A stretch of DNA of 49,150 nt from an uncultured Clostridia bacterium (GCA_944386775.1 CALXCJ010000005.1:1-49150); one strand, 5' to 3'; positions 10,636-20,875 are shown, numbered from the stretch's first letter. Notes: generated from the sequence alone by a model not told the origin. Program-made: numbers and translations.

Positions 10636-11580
10636 TTATTTTACTACACTTACTGGTAAGTATTTTACTCCCCATTGTAATGCTTCTGAGTGTGAATTTA
10701 CATATATATCTATTTTGTTACCGTTTATTGCTCCACCTCTATCTTCTACTGTGTAAATATGTCCATTTATGTTTAATTTTGTTCCTAATGCAAATTTACT
10801 TGATGCTGCAACTGTTCTTCCTGCTGTTGCTTTTTTTCCTGATGCTGTGATTCCATTTGATTTACCACAACATCTTGAACATGAACAATATGCTGTTATT
10901 TTATATATTTGACCATCTATTTGCGCTGTTGTACTTGGTGTTGTAGATGTTCTTGATGTAGAAAGACCTCTTGATGTTACTTTTTTGCTTATTTGTACTA
11001 TTTTGTCTACTGGTTCTTTTATAATTGTTTCTGATAAAAGTGTTTTTTCTATTTCAATATCATTTTGATATTTTATTTTATATGTTACCTCTTTTATTCC
11101 ATTTTGACCTTCTTGAATTACTTTGTTTGTTGTGCTTGTTGCACCACCTGCTACATTTTTTGTTACTGTTTCAAATGGGATTTCTACTTGTTCTGTTACT
11201 ATTTTTTCTGTTATGCTTGAATAGTTTTCTAGTAGATTATCTAGCGTTGTTTGTACTCCTTCTTCAGAAACATTTGCTATTTGCACTTCATTATATGTTT
11301 TGTCTGTTATCTTTATTGTTTCTCCTGATGAAATTTCTTCATCTAAACCTGGTATTGTCTTTTGATTTTCGTTTAATACTATATTATTTTCGTTTAAGAT
11401 TTCAGATACTTTTGTTTTTGAAGTTAGTGCTGTTAGTTCATATCCGTTTTGCATTATTATTGTTACATCATTTAGATTGTCACTTACAGCTAATACTCCT
11501 ATACCTGAGATTAAAATTAGAATTATGCATGCACCTATAATTTTCATTATAGATAGCGAAGCTTTTTCTTCTACTTTCAT
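10636..11580 (-). CDS. YabE-like cell-wall protein with ubiquitin-like (DUF348-like), G5 and 3D domains
   Basis: N-terminal TM; G5-like KVIQEGQNGIKEVTY...KEPVDKIVQ; 3D domain ITAYCSCSRCCG...TASG...VAA...VEDRGGAINGNKIDIYV. ATG 11580 chosen for the AAGGAGGT RBS (track start 11607). Confidence 0.85.
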   Translation of the reverse strand: MKVEEKASLSIMKIIGACIILILISGIGVLAVSDNLNDVTIIMQNGYELTALTSKTKVSEILNENNIVLNENQKTIPGLDEEISSGETIKITDKTYNEVQIANVSEEGVQTTLDNLLENYSSITEKIVTEQVEIPFETVTKNVAGGATSTTNKVIQEGQNGIKEVTYKIKYQNDIEIEKTLLSETIIKEPVDKIVQISKKVTSRGLSTSRTSTTPSTTAQIDGQIYKITAYCSCSRCCGKSNGITASGKKATAGRTVAASSKFALGTKLNINGHIYTVEDRGGAINGNKIDIYVNSHSEALQWGVKYLPVSVVK

Positions 11581-11613
11581 AAATTTTTTTACCTCCTTTG
11601 GTAACACTTCTTT

Positions 11614-11642
11614 ATTATACTATGTTTTTCCTTTTTTGTCAA
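11614..11642 (-). promoter_or_regulatory. Consensus sigma-A promoter for the 3D-domain gene
   Basis: Minus strand TTGACA (11642-11637), 17 nt, TATAAT (11619-11614). Confidence 0.8.
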
Positions 11643-11947
11643 ATTTTCTGAAAAATCGGCTGGATTTCCCTTTTCCGTAAGAGATATTAGAAAATCTTGT
11701 CTGTATATGATATTTAAAATTGGACAAGCTAATTTTAAGTAATTCTAATAATAATATATGTGATTTAATATGCAATTATAACTATTTTTGTGAAAATTTT
11801 ATGTTTTTTTTATGAAATATTAAAAAATTGCTGACATTTTAATAAATTTGAGATATAATTGAAATTAGGATATATTAGAATATAATTTGTAATAATTATA
11901 TTAATATGTTAATAAAATTATAAATATAAAAATAAGGAGGAGAAAAT

Positions 11948-12508
11948 ATGGTAATATTAATAGTATTAGCTGTTATTATTGTATTAGTAATTGCTGTTAT
12001 TATTATGTACAACAGTTTAGTTTCTGCTAGAATTAAAGTGGATAATGCTTGGAGCCAAATTGATGTTCAATTACAAAGAAGATTTGATTTAATTCCAAAC
12101 TTTGTAGAAACTGTAAAAGGTTATATGAATCACGAATCTAAAACTTTTGAAAAAATTGCAGAACTTAGAACATCTTGGGCAAATTCAAGTAGTGTTTCAG
12201 AAAAAGCTGCACTTGATAATCAATTATCAGATACTTTAAAAACAATTATGGCTGTTTCTGAAGGTTACCCAGAATTAAAAGCAAACCAAAATTTTGCACA
12301 ACTTTCTGAGGAACTAAGAAACACTGAAAACAAAATATCTTTTGCAAGACAATTTTACAATGATACAGTAACAATGTATAATGAAAAACTACAAATGTTT
12401 CCTTCAAACATAATTGCAAATATGTTCCACTTTACAGCACGCGATTTATTTGAAACTGAAAATGAAGAAGTAAAGAAGAATGTAAAAGTTGACTTCAGTA
12501 ATAATTAG
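11948..12508 (+). CDS. lemA: LemA family protein
   Basis: N-terminal TM, YNSLV...VDNAWSQIDVQLQRRFDLIPN...YPELKANQNF...ENKISFARQFYND; AAGGAGG RBS. Confidence 0.95.
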   Translation: MVILIVLAVIIVLVIAVIIMYNSLVSARIKVDNAWSQIDVQLQRRFDLIPNFVETVKGYMNHESKTFEKIAELRTSWANSSSVSEKAALDNQLSDTLKTIMAVSEGYPELKANQNFAQLSEELRNTENKISFARQFYNDTVTMYNEKLQMFPSNIIANMFHFTARDLFETENEEVKKNVKVDFSNN

Positions 12509-12650
12509 TTATTTTAAGGATTATTTTTTAAAGTTTACTTTTAAAATATAATCCTTATTTTTAACAAATTTTTTTAGTTAGTATTTTTAAGAAGTATTTT
12601 AGATTAATTTATATATATAAATTTAATATAATTTTGAGAGGAGTTAATTT

Positions 12651-13553
12651 ATGTTTCATAATATAAGAAAAAATAAAATAGAATCAGGAGTAATTATAGG
12701 TATTTTTATCATAGTTGTAACTCTAATTATATATTATATTTGTAATGCACTAAACTTAGGCACCCTTTCAATATTTATTGCACTTACAGTATCAATACTA
12801 TCTGCTTGGGGTTCTTACTACTATAGTGATAAAATAGTACTTGCATCTTGCAAAGCAAGAAAAGCAACCAAAGAAGAAGACCAACAACTAGTAAATATTT
12901 TAGATGCATTAATGATAACAGCAGACCTGCCAAAAAAGCCTGACCTTTATGTAGTAGACGATCCACAACCAAATGCTTTTGCAACTGGCAGAAATCCAGA
13001 ACACGCTGTAGTTTGTGTAACAACCGGACTTTTACAAAAACTTGACTATTATGAACTAGAAGGAGTTTTAGCACACGAAGTAAGCCATATAAAAAATTAT
13101 GATATAATGCTTAGTGCTATAATCTCTGTTTTAGTAGGATTTATAGTAATGCTTTCAGACATGTTTGCAAGAATTTTTATTTTTGGAGGCACAAAAGACA
13201 GAGACAGTGATAACAAAGCAAATGGTATATTAATGATAATAGGTCTTATCTGCTTAATACTATCTCCTATTTTCGGAACATTAATGCAACTTGCACTATC
13301 AAGAAAAAGAGAATTTTTAGCAGACGCAACTGCTGCCTCTTTAACTAGAAACCCTGACGGGTTAATCTCAGCATTAGAAAAAATATCAAGCGACCCAAAC
13401 GAACTTGAAACTGCAAACTCTGCAACTGCTAATATGTATATAGTAAATCCTTTTAGAAAAAATGGTGAAAAAGGAAAAAGAAAAAAATCAAGTATCTGGT
13501 CAACTCACCCAAGTACTGAAGCAAGAATTGAAGCATTAAGAAATTTTAGGTAG
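12651..13553 (+). CDS. htpX: M48 zinc metalloprotease HtpX
   Basis: PNAFATG, ELEGVLAHEVSH (HExxH), SRKREFLADA, STHP motifs; canonical lemA-htpX pairing. Confidence 0.95.
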   Translation: MFHNIRKNKIESGVIIGIFIIVVTLIIYYICNALNLGTLSIFIALTVSILSAWGSYYYSDKIVLASCKARKATKEEDQQLVNILDALMITADLPKKPDLYVVDDPQPNAFATGRNPEHAVVCVTTGLLQKLDYYELEGVLAHEVSHIKNYDIMLSAIISVLVGFIVMLSDMFARIFIFGGTKDRDSDNKANGILMIIGLICLILSPIFGTLMQLALSRKREFLADATAASLTRNPDGLISALEKISSDPNELETANSATANMYIVNPFRKNGEKGKRKKSSIWSTHPSTEARIEALRNFR

Positions 13554-13555
13554 AA

Positions 13556-13840
13556 TTCGGGATTGAGGGACTAGCTTAAAATCCCGGCTAGCCGGGATTT
13601 TGGGGACGGAGCTTAAAAATTTTTTAAAAAAAGTTTTACAATGGGGTTGCAAGCAGGTTGACAAAAAATACCAAAAGTGACGGAGCAAATGACAATTTTA
13701 AAAAAATTCTTTTAAATGCTACCATTTGCTCCGTCCATTTTTTCAATCTTTGGCAACCTACCTGAAGCAACATCTTTCATTTAAACCTGTCCCAAGTTAA
13801 CCATTTTTGGTCACGAGGGACCTGTCCCAAATTGACCATT
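13556..13840. repeat. Composite REP-like palindromic element, copy 1
   Basis: Perfect palindrome AAAATCCCGGCTAGCCGGGATTTT (13578-13601); long hairpin with GACGGAGCAAATG...CATTTGCTCCGTC; two ACCTGTCCCAA units at 13785 and 13820. 13556-13610 is identical to 15989-16043, and 13778-13840 matches 16311-16373 with 1 mismatch. Confidence 0.85.
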
Positions 13841-14001
13841 TTTTAAACTTTTTTTATTTATATTGCGTATTAAACAGGATATATTTATACCAATTCCGAT
13901 TACAATTCGGATTTTGTATAGATATTTTTATAAATAAACTATTGTTCCATAATTTAATGTATACCTTACCATTTATTACTACAACTTAAATTATCTTTAA
14001 A

Positions 14002-15682
14002 TTATATTTTTTGAATATATGCCTTATCATTTATTACTACAATTGTGTATTTATTTAAGTTTTTTAATGTTTTCATTTCTTCTGCAACGCTATATTTTTC
14101 TATTTGCTTTTTTGCTTCTTCTTGTTTTTCAGATAATTTATTTTCTTCTGTTTTCTTTAAATATTTAAATTCTATCATTATTGAATAATAGCCTTTTGTA
14201 CTATCTTTTGGTAATAATACTATGTCTGGATATTCCCTTCCTACTTCCATTTCTGATTTCACATTATATATTTTTAAATTCATCATTATACAGTAAAATA
14301 TTAGTTTTACGTATTTTTCATCAAATCTTTGATAATCTCTGTTTGATAAATTACTTAAATATTTCTGTAATAAATTTACTGCTTTATCTATTTTTCCTTC
14401 TAGCGCTACTTCTTGTAGTATCTCATTATATTCAGTTTCTTCTATTATTAAATTTGTTTCTTCATCTAATATTTTTAAGAAATAGTCTGAATATATTTCT
14501 CTCATAACTTTGTTTGGTATTTTTAGCTCTGCTTTTCCTAGAAGTTCTTTATTTATTGTTAAATACCCTAAATAATATAACATTGATACTAATTCTCTTT
14601 CTGTAAAATCTACTGCTGGATTAAACTTTTGCACTATGTCTGTTAATATTCCTTCTCCTGATACTGTTTTTTGTATTATATCTAGTCTATTTTCTCCTCT
14701 ACAAAGTTTTAGCATATTTCCTATTTTGCTGTAATCACTTGCTATATTTACATCTACTAATTCTTCTGGTATTTTTCTAAAACTTAAATATGAATTTAAA
14801 AAATACAAACACATATTAGAATTATATATTTGCTTTTCTGCATTTTTAGAAAATTTATATCCATCATAGTTTTCTTTCATTATTGGAAGTAAATTTTTTT
14901 GTTCTTCTTCGGATATTTCTTGTTCTTTCATTAATATTTTTAATTCTTCTTCTATAAATCCCATCATTTCATTAAATCTTGAATCTCCGGGTTAAATCTG
15001 TACTTATATTAAATCCTGATGTCATACTATCTAAAGTAATTGGTGCAACTCCTGTTATAAATATTCTATCTACTACACTTTCAGTTCCTTCTTTTAGTAC
15101 TTCGTACCATTTTCTTACTTTACCATTTTTAGAAACTAAACTTTTAAAATTATCTGTATTGAATCCTAATAATTCATTGGCAAAATGATCATATTCATCT
15201 ATGATGATATATAGTTTTTCTCCTTGTTTCTGATTTTTGAAAGCTATTATTAAATTATTTAGTAATCCTTCGGCTGTCATTTCTGGATTTATATAAAAAT
15301 CTAATTCATAATTTTTTACAAAATCTGATATTGATGCTGTTACTTTTTCTTTAAATCCCTGTATTGTTGTTTCAGGATTTGATGTATCTATTCCTGAAAA
15401 GTTAAATTTTAATATGTAATAACTGTTTTTTAGTTTAGTAGGATTTTTTCCTATATATGTTTCTCCATATAATTTTTCAAATTTATTTGCTTTTTTTACG
15501 TCATAATAGTTTTCTAAAACACTTGTAAATAATGTTTTGCCAAATTTTCTGGGACGTAAAAACATTATTCTTTTTTCTGCTAAATTTTCTAATATTTCTA
15601 TGTATTTTGTTTTATCTACATAGTAGTATCCGTCTTCTACTAATTCCTCATAATTACTTATTCCATAAGGTAGTTTTTTCAT
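14002..15682 (-). CDS. AAA-ATPase-like / PD-(D/E)XK nuclease protein, split by one +1 frameshift at CGG (14987-14989); ~559 aa if rejoined
   Basis: N part: KKLPYGISNYE..YYVDKT..RPRKFGKTL..IIDEYD..FITGV. C part: YDGYKF..YNSNM..LYYLGYLT..IPN..YPDIVL..IEFKY. Junction ACC CGG AGA TTC AAG ATT TAA; skipping one base gives ACC GGA GAT TCA AGA TTT AAT GAA ATG ATG GGA (TGDSRFNEMMG), joining ORF 14002-14967. Confidence 0.85.
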
Positions 15683-15693
15683 AGATTTACTTA

Positions 15694-15735
15694 GGCACTT
15701 AGAATCCTCTACTTTTAAGTAGTGGAATAAGTGCC
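15694..15735. mobile_element. Short hairpin resembling an IS200/IS605-family end, lying between the SD and start codon of the AAA gene
   Basis: GGCACTTA-GAATCCTCTACT-TTTA-AGTAGTGGAA-TAAGTGCC. The core pattern GAATCC..TTTA..T-GG resembles IS605/IS607-type subterminal palindromes (recalled from family knowledge, not searched). Confidence 0.35.
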
Positions 15736-15988
15736 ATTCCTCCTTTCTAATATTTTACTATTATTATATCTTCTATATAATTCCACATTATACTTACATT
15801 TTTTCTATTTTTCTGTATTTTTATCACAGTATTATTATAACATATGGCAGACTATGTCCGCAACCAGAAAATCTAAAAAGTTTTTTGATTAAAAAAATAG
15901 CATATGTTTTATTTTTTTATAATCATAAGAGGGTTCATTTTTTAGGAAAAACTCTTTTATTTATCCAATAAAGACACATACTTCATTT

Positions 15989-16373
15989 TTCGGGATTGAG
16001 GGACTAGCTTAAAATCCCGGCTAGCCGGGATTTTGGGGACGGACGTTAAAAATTTTTTATTTATATTGTATATTATTAATAATTTTGTTTAACTAAAGAT
16101 TCTCTCGCACTCGATGGAAAAATTATATGATGCCTATTGTATAGCTTTAATTTTTATTTTGCATGCAATTTTTTCACTTGTGCCAGCAGTTTGCCCAAAT
16201 AGGTTTCCAAAAAGGACGGAGTAAAATGGCAATTTTTGAAGAAATTCTTTCTTTCAAAAATTGCCATTTATTCCATCTGTTTTAGCAACCTGCTTGGAAC
16301 AACGTCTTAGCATTTAAACCTGTCCCAAGTTAACCATTTTTGGTCACGAGGGACCTGTCCCAGATTGACCATT
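15989..16373. repeat. Composite REP-like palindromic element, copy 2 (overlaps the tatD 3' end)
   Basis: Palindrome at 16011-16034; hairpin AAATGGCAATTTTTGAA...TTCAAAAATTGCCATTT; ACCTGTCCCA units at 16318 and 16353; same order and orientation as copy 1. Confidence 0.85.
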
Positions 16374-17180
16374 ATCGAATATTTTTTCTGCATTTTTGTA
16401 TGTTATTTCTGCTAGTTTTTCTAGTGGTATTTCTTTTACTGTTGCGATTTTTTGTGCTATGTATTTTACATTTGTGGGATCGTTTCTGGTGCCTCTTACT
16501 GGTTCTGGAGCTAAGTATGGACTGTCTGTTTCTATTAGGATTTTGTCTAGTGGAACTAAGTTTATTATTTCGTCTGCATTTTTTGAGTTTTTGAAGGTTA
16601 TTGGTCCTGCAAATGATATGTAATATCCTAATTTTAGTGCTTCTTTTATTAGTTCTCTGTTTTGTGGGCAACAGTGGAATATTCCTTTTTTTTGTACTTG
16701 GTTATTTTTTAATATTTCTAGTGTGTCCATTATTGCATCTCTTGTGTGTATTACTATTGGAAGTTTTAGGTCGTTTGCAAGTTCTATTTGTTTTTTAAAT
16801 GCTTTTTTTTGCAATTCTCTTTGCGTGTAGTCTTTTTCCCAGTAATAGTCTAGACCTATTTCTCCTATTGCTACTATTTTTGGTTTTGTGTTTTCTTTTT
16901 GACAGTTTTTATAATATTCATTTATTATTTCTTGCATTTTTTCTATGTCTTTCCACAGTTTGTCTTCTGTTTGTGGAATATCATTTGGAGATATTCCTAC
17001 TGTGGCATATATAAATTCGTATTTTTTTGAAAGTTCTATTGCTTTTTTTGAGCCTTCTAGACTATATCCTGCACTTATTACTTTTGTTATTTCTGATGAT
17101 TTTATTTTTTGTATTATTTCTTCTCTGTCTTTATCAAATTTTTCATCATCTAGGTGTGCATGGCTATCAAATAGTGTCAT
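16344..17180 (-). CDS. tatD: TatD family deoxyribonuclease
   Basis: FDSHAHL, AIGEIGLDYY, LPIVIHTRDA, GIFHCC, LIETDSPYLAP motifs. Confidence 0.95.
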   Translation of the reverse strand: MTLFDSHAHLDDEKFDKDREEIIQKIKSSEITKVISAGYSLEGSKKAIELSKKYEFIYATVGISPNDIPQTEDKLWKDIEKMQEIINEYYKNCQKENTKPKIVAIGEIGLDYYWEKDYTQRELQKKAFKKQIELANDLKLPIVIHTRDAIMDTLEILKNNQVQKKGIFHCCPQNRELIKEALKLGYYISFAGPITFKNSKNADEIINLVPLDKILIETDSPYLAPEPVRGTRNDPTNVKYIAQKIATVKEIPLEKLAEITYKNAEKIFDNGQSGTGPS

Positions 17181-17254
17181 AGTGTTTTTCCTTTCGATTT
17201 ATTTATTTATTTATTTATTTGCTTTTTTTATATATATTAATTTAGCTATTTTAA

Positions 17255-17626
17255 TTACTTTAAAGCTACTACTACATTTGCTATTGCATATTCTTTGCAA
17301 TGTGATAGGCTTATATCTATATTTGATATTTCATCATCTACTAGATTTATATTTACAAATGGTCTTCCTTGCTCATTATTTAGCACTTCTATGTCTTTCC
17401 AAGATATAGAGTATTTGTCTTCTAATAGGTTTGATATTGCTTTAAATACCGCTTCTTTTGCTGCAAATCTTGCTGCATAGTGTTGATATTTTTGCTGTTT
17501 TTTACTTTCGCAATATTCGATTTCGCCTTTGGTATATACTCTGTTTAAAAATGCTCCTTCTGTGTTTTCGATACTATCTTTTATTCTTGATATTTCTATT
17601 ATATCAGTTCCACAACTAAATTTCAT
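17255..17626 (-). CDS. acpS: Holo-[acyl-carrier-protein] synthase
   Basis: GTDIIEISRI...YAARFAAKEAVFKA...GRP...ISLSH motifs; 123 aa. Confidence 0.95.
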   Translation of the reverse strand: MKFSCGTDIIEISRIKDSIENTEGAFLNRVYTKGEIEYCESKKQQKYQHYAARFAAKEAVFKAISNLLEDKYSISWKDIEVLNNEQGRPFVNINLVDDEISNIDISLSHCKEYAIANVVVALK

Positions 17627-17708
17627 AGCTACTATCCCTCTCTTTTTTTATTTTCTTGGGTATTTTTTGCTTGGTTATAAATTAAGTTATTTTTAGTTAT
17701 AATTGTAT

Positions 17709-18917
17709 TTATTTAAATATAACAAATATTAATAATATTATAACTATCACTATTAGTAATGTTGTTAATCTCATATTTTTTTGCATATTATGTTCTTTAT
17801 AATATATATCATATTTATTTTTTACTTCATAATATAACCTGTCTAGTTCTAATATCTTACCTATTTTTAAGTTTAATATTGATCCTATTTCATCATCTGT
17901 GAAGTCTTGTATCCATATATTTTTTATAAATTCTATGAATTTTCTTTTGACTTTTTTTATGTTTTGCTGGTTTGCAAATTCGTTTTCTAGTTTTTTTAGT
18001 GTTATTTTTTTGTATAAATTTAAAATATATGTATATAGATATTCGTTTTCAAATATGTCTGGCAATATTGTGTAGTTGTTTATATCATTATCTGATGTGA
18101 ATAGTGTTATCCCTTGTTTTGTTATACCAAATTTTGCGTATTTCCATTCTGAAAATGTTGTTTTGTTTTGTTGTTTTAAGTTTTGTGTATTGTCTGCTGA
18201 TAAAAAGTTTGAGAATTTATCAAAGTAGTATTCCATATCATCAAAGTCTTTTTGTTCGTTTAGCCCTTGACCATTTACACATACATATGAGTATGTAAAA
18301 AATTTTTCTGTGTCTATGTCTAATTTTAATGTTTCAAATTTTGAACCTGATATGCTTTCTATAAATTCAGCAAGTTTCAATATGCTTGAAAATGTGTCTG
18401 TTTGCAGATATATTTTGTCAAAGCTATTTGATATTTTGTCACCTTGTTTTATTTCTCTGAATTTATAATTAAAATTTAATACATCTAGGAAACTTTCTGA
18501 GTTTTCTATATTTGTTTTTATTAGTAAAAAACATATTCCATTTTTAAAACATATTAATTCTAGTTTTTGTATTTTGAAAAAGATTCCTTTGTTTTCTGTT
18601 TTTCCTTGTATGTCTTTTTTTAGGTTGTATTCAAATATTGTGCAAGGGTATTTTGCAAGTATTGCACTTACTGTTTCTTTGGGTAGTTCTTGCAGTTTGT
18701 TTATTTTTTTGTTTGTTAGACTAAAACTTGTAAATAGTAGTTCTGACATTTTGGGTGAGAAATATCTATATAGTCTTAGGTCTTTTTCTTTTTCATATAT
18801 TTTTAGGCTGAATCTTTTATCTTTTAATAGTTTTAGTATATATTTTTGGTATTTGTTTTCTTTTACTGCAAATGGATATATAAAGTATGTGTATTGGTAT
18901 TTTGTCTTAAGTTCCAT
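17709..18917 (-). CDS. Hypothetical protein with a C-terminal TM helix (possibly CorA-like architecture)
   Basis: Long ORF in an operon-like run; likely start MELKTKYQYTYFIYPF at 18917 after a purine-rich RBS (track start 18968); hydrophobic C-terminus. Confidence 0.7.
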   Translation of the reverse strand: MELKTKYQYTYFIYPFAVKENKYQKYILKLLKDKRFSLKIYEKEKDLRLYRYFSPKMSELLFTSFSLTNKKINKLQELPKETVSAILAKYPCTIFEYNLKKDIQGKTENKGIFFKIQKLELICFKNGICFLLIKTNIENSESFLDVLNFNYKFREIKQGDKISNSFDKIYLQTDTFSSILKLAEFIESISGSKFETLKLDIDTEKFFTYSYVCVNGQGLNEQKDFDDMEYYFDKFSNFLSADNTQNLKQQNKTTFSEWKYAKFGITKQGITLFTSDNDINNYTILPDIFENEYLYTYILNLYKKITLKKLENEFANQQNIKKVKRKFIEFIKNIWIQDFTDDEIGSILNLKIGKILELDRLYYEVKNKYDIYYKEHNMQKNMRLTTLLIVIVIILLIFVIFK

Positions 18918-18978
18918 TTTTTTCTTCTTTCCTTTCTTCTCCTCTTTTGTCATATATTGTTTTTTCATTCATAATTAA

Positions 18979-20511
18979 TTATTCTTGAGTATAATAATTC
19001 ATATTAACATCTTTTCCCATATGCCAACTTCCAATAAAATCTATTAGCAAATAGTCGTCTAGATCGTATTTTGGCTCGCAAGATACTTGCCCATTGGAAT
19101 TTACACTTCCCCATTTTCCATCTTTTTTAACTGATGCAAATCCTTTTGAGTTTTGTTCTGTTGCATCATCATAAATGTAGTCTACAACTTGATTTCCGTC
19201 TTTATCTACAAAGCCATATTTTCCATCTTTTTTGCTTAGGTAGATTGTGTTTGATGTGTAGATTTCTTGGGATGTTTTTTCTTCAAATCTGAAGTTATAG
19301 TATTTTGTGTCATCTCCTATTTTTATGCTTATATATCCTTCTTCGTCATTTAGGTCTAATAGGATTCCGTTTAGTTTTTCTTGGAATATGTTATCCATTA
19401 ATACTGTATTTATGTCGTCTTTTTCTGCTATGTATATGTCTCCTTTTTCGTTATATGTAATATTTTTGTAGGTAAATGGTACTTTTTCTTCTTGGGATAA
19501 GTTTATTATTCCATACACATTGTCTTTTTTTGCTATTAGTGTGCCATTTGTTGTTTCTTTTAAGTCATCATATTCTGCTGGTATTGTAATTTCGCCTGAT
19601 AAGTTCATTACTCCATATTTCCCAGAGTTTATGAATATTATGCCATTTTCTTTATTTGAAAGTATTTCTGCTACATCTTCGATACCTGATGATATTATTT
19701 CATTTCCGCCTTTTTCTACTACTTTTGTTTGTCCATTTTCTTTTACTACATATAGGTCATTTCCATATACTTTTTTTATTTCGTCATATTTGTTTTCTAA
19801 AACTTGGGCTTGTGAATAGTCTACTATTCCGTATTTTGAGTCAGGAGTTTTTACTATATAACCTGATAAATTGTCTTTTCCTAGGTTTGTTATTTCGGAA
19901 TATTTCACATCTAGTATTATTTGACCTTTGTTATCTGCTATACCATATAGGTTGTCTTTCATTATTAGGAATGCGTTTTCTATGTCTGGTAGTGCTGTAA
20001 TTTGGTCATATGTTGGTTCTAAAAGTACTTTTCCGTCTAGGTCTATTAAGCCGTATTTTTCGTCTTTTTGAACTCTAAGTACTCCTTTTTCATACCATAG
20101 ATTATTTGCTTGGTCTTTGTTTTCTATTGCTTCTATTTGGCTGTAGTCTGTGTATATTTCTTGGTTTTTGCTGTTTAGTGCTTTTGTTTTATATGTTCCA
20201 TCTTCATAGTTTACGTCATATGTGCATAAAAATATATCTTTTGTTTTGTCTGGTATTACTATCATTTCTTGATATGATGGGTCTATTATGGTTTCTCCGT
20301 TTTGGTTTATTACTCCCCATTTGTTGTCTTTGTATATTGCAAAATATGCTGTTTGAAATAACTTTGAATTATCTTTTTCTCCTGTTAGTATTGAGTTTAT
20401 TATGATTATAAACATGATTAGCACTATTATTGCAATTATTACTGCTATTACTTTTTTCTTGTTTAGTTTTGGTTCTTTATCATATCTTCTAGCTCTTGCT
20501 CTTCTACTCAT
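18979..20511 (-). CDS. Membrane-anchored WG-repeat (KWG-like) protein
   Basis: N-terminal TM; repeats KDNKWGVINQNG, KYGLIDLDG, KYGFVDKDG, KDGKWGSVNSNG. ATG 20511 follows GGAGG (track start 20544). Confidence 0.85.
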   Translation of the reverse strand: MSRRARARRYDKEPKLNKKKVIAVIIAIIVLIMFIIIINSILTGEKDNSKLFQTAYFAIYKDNKWGVINQNGETIIDPSYQEMIVIPDKTKDIFLCTYDVNYEDGTYKTKALNSKNQEIYTDYSQIEAIENKDQANNLWYEKGVLRVQKDEKYGLIDLDGKVLLEPTYDQITALPDIENAFLIMKDNLYGIADNKGQIILDVKYSEITNLGKDNLSGYIVKTPDSKYGIVDYSQAQVLENKYDEIKKVYGNDLYVVKENGQTKVVEKGGNEIISSGIEDVAEILSNKENGIIFINSGKYGVMNLSGEITIPAEYDDLKETTNGTLIAKKDNVYGIINLSQEEKVPFTYKNITYNEKGDIYIAEKDDINTVLMDNIFQEKLNGILLDLNDEEGYISIKIGDDTKYYNFRFEEKTSQEIYTSNTIYLSKKDGKYGFVDKDGNQVVDYIYDDATEQNSKGFASVKKDGKWGSVNSNGQVSCEPKYDLDDYLLIDFIGSWHMGKDVNMNYYTQE

Positions 20512-20602
20512 ATCTTTGCCTCCTATTTTGGTACAATATATCATAATTTTGGGATAAATTCAAGGGGTTATAAAAATGTCATAAATGGGAATTATTTATT
20601 TT

Positions 20603-20656
20603 TGGTTAATCTGGGACAGGTACATTGTGACCATTTTTGGTCAATTTGGGACAGGT
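20603..20656. repeat. REP-like doublet (TGGTYAATYTGGGACAGGT x2, 35-bp period)
   Basis: Units at 20603-20621 and 20638-20656, in reverse orientation to those at 13785/13820. Confidence 0.8.
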
Positions 20657-20828
20657 CTTTGGATTATTAATCCTAGGTATTTTTATTTTTGTTACTATTG
20701 CTCCTTATAGTCTGTTTAATATAAGACCCAATATATAGAAAAAAATCATCTTGAAAATATATCTTCAAAATGATTTCTTTTCTAATAAATTAAAATTTTT
20801 TGTAAATTTTATAAAATTTTTTCTAAAG

Positions 20829-20875
20829 TCCGTCCCTAAAATCCCGGCTAGCCGGGATTTTAAGGTCCGTCCCTC
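20829..20875. repeat. Third copy of the 24-bp palindrome module; contains the spoIIE stop codon
   Basis: AAAATCCCGGCTAGCCGGGATTTT at 20838-20861, flanked by TCCGTCCC units; inverted relative to copies 1 and 2. Confidence 0.85.

Noticed and set aside
13548..13553. AGG as a second shift-prone codon (htpX ends TTT AGG TAG)
   Set aside because: HtpX is complete at this point, and an in-frame AGG at 4095-4097 lies within an uninterrupted ORF.
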